Shown here: positions 63,742 through 64,000 of the stretch, piece after piece | How positions within the stretch are numbered: the first letter of the stretch is position 1 | Layout: every line of letters starts with the position of its first letter | Source of the DNA: an uncultured Acidimicrobiaceae bacterium | Lineage (GTDB): Bacteria; Actinomycetota; Acidimicrobiia; Acidimicrobiales; MedAcidi-G1 | DNA: 64,000 bases | Direction of reading: 5' to 3' | Assembly: GCA_913030665.1 (NCBI GenBank) | Contig: CAJWFS010000003.1 | Coordinates: forward strand, 101 to 64,100 | Program-made: the position numbers and the translations under genes | Notes under the pieces: generated by a model | Told to the model about the DNA's origin: nothing | The model's database searches: none | Seen by the model: the letters and a program-made list of their open reading frames with translations, nothing else

Positions 63742-64000
63742 TCAGCTCCGGATGAACGGGACCGAGTGCTCCCAGTCGGCGAGCATGGTCCGCAGAGCGG
63801 TGACCAGGAGGAGGGGCTGGTCCAGCATGACGTGGTGTCCCGCCAGCGGGATCTCCACCACGGGCGCCACCCGGCCCAGCTGTTCGTACATGTATGCGCC
63901 GATGTCGGCGGTGACCAGGCCGTGCTGGGCGCGGAACAGGGCGATCCGACACGTGATGCGGGGGAGCAGGTCATCGGCGGCCGCCCGTTCGGGGATGAAG
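63742..64000 (-). CDS. alpha/beta hydrolase, C-terminal part only (the 5' end lies beyond the window)
   Basis: My manual minus-strand translation ends '...VEIPLAGHHVMLDQPLLLVTALRTMLADWEHSVPFIRS*' (catalytic His context). It is not in the ORF track because no start codon lies inside the window. Confidence 0.6.
   Translation of the reverse strand, partial: FIPERAAADDLLPRITCRIALFRAQHGLVTADIGAYMYEQLGRVAPVVEIPLAGHHVMLDQPLLLVTALRTMLADWEHSVPFIRS

Overview
This is a 64-kb high-GC chromosomal segment; most 60-nt lines I hand-counted are about 65-75% G+C. It carries Actinomycetota hallmarks: mshC next to cysS, a mycoredoxin, DUF3499, an F420-type LLM oxidoreductase, and many ATGA/GTGA start-stop overlaps. 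I call about 58 protein-coding genes, one clear gene remnant, a few hairpins and three AT-rich regulatory islands. I saw no rRNA, tRNA, CRISPR, transposase, integrase or phage genes.

Layout:
(i) 0.3-20.9 kb:
- an AraC/PAS regulator, PutA, and a C45 Ntn-hydrolase plus GNAT pair;
- a six-gene minus-strand operon: non-pyrrolysine MttB-family methyltransferase, DHDPS-like enzyme, aldehyde dehydrogenase, FAD oxidoreductase and two SDRs;
- a divergent CaiB-type CoA-transferase, an MBL-fold alkylsulfatase and an acyl-CoA dehydrogenase;
- a translationally coupled HD-domain oxygenase-like protein plus gamma-butyrobetaine-hydroxylase-like dioxygenase, and an epoxide-hydrolase-like hydrolase.
(ii) 20.9-23.0 kb: an APC permease with a long cytoplasmic regulatory tail.
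(iii) 23.0-28.7 kb: an LLM / nitroreductase / enoyl-CoA hydratase / two-ACAD operon, with a divergent TetR coupled to a mycoredoxin.
(iv) 28.9-32.5 kb: form-II-type CoxS-L-M molybdo-hydroxylase.
(v) 32.6-46.1 kb: a secreted nuclease, then a polyamine/guanidino-compound locus with two FAD oxidases, potABCD, two class-III aminotransferases around an Lrp regulator, an MFS transporter and an agmatinase-family ureohydrolase.
(vi) 46.2-64 kb: housekeeping and miscellaneous genes. These include an amidase N-terminal remnant abutting a compositionally atypical FtsX-type ABC permease, a 390-nt gap holding a possible small zinc-ribbon gene, and cysS-mshC.

The most interesting candidate system is the HD-oxygenase / BBOX-like pair (a PhnZ-PhnY or TmpB-TmpA type oxidative C-P cleavage module). 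It sits in a quaternary-amine-style catabolic island that also holds an orphan MttB-family methyltransferase with no corrinoid partner.

All functional calls come from reading the translated ORFs by eye. No searches were run.
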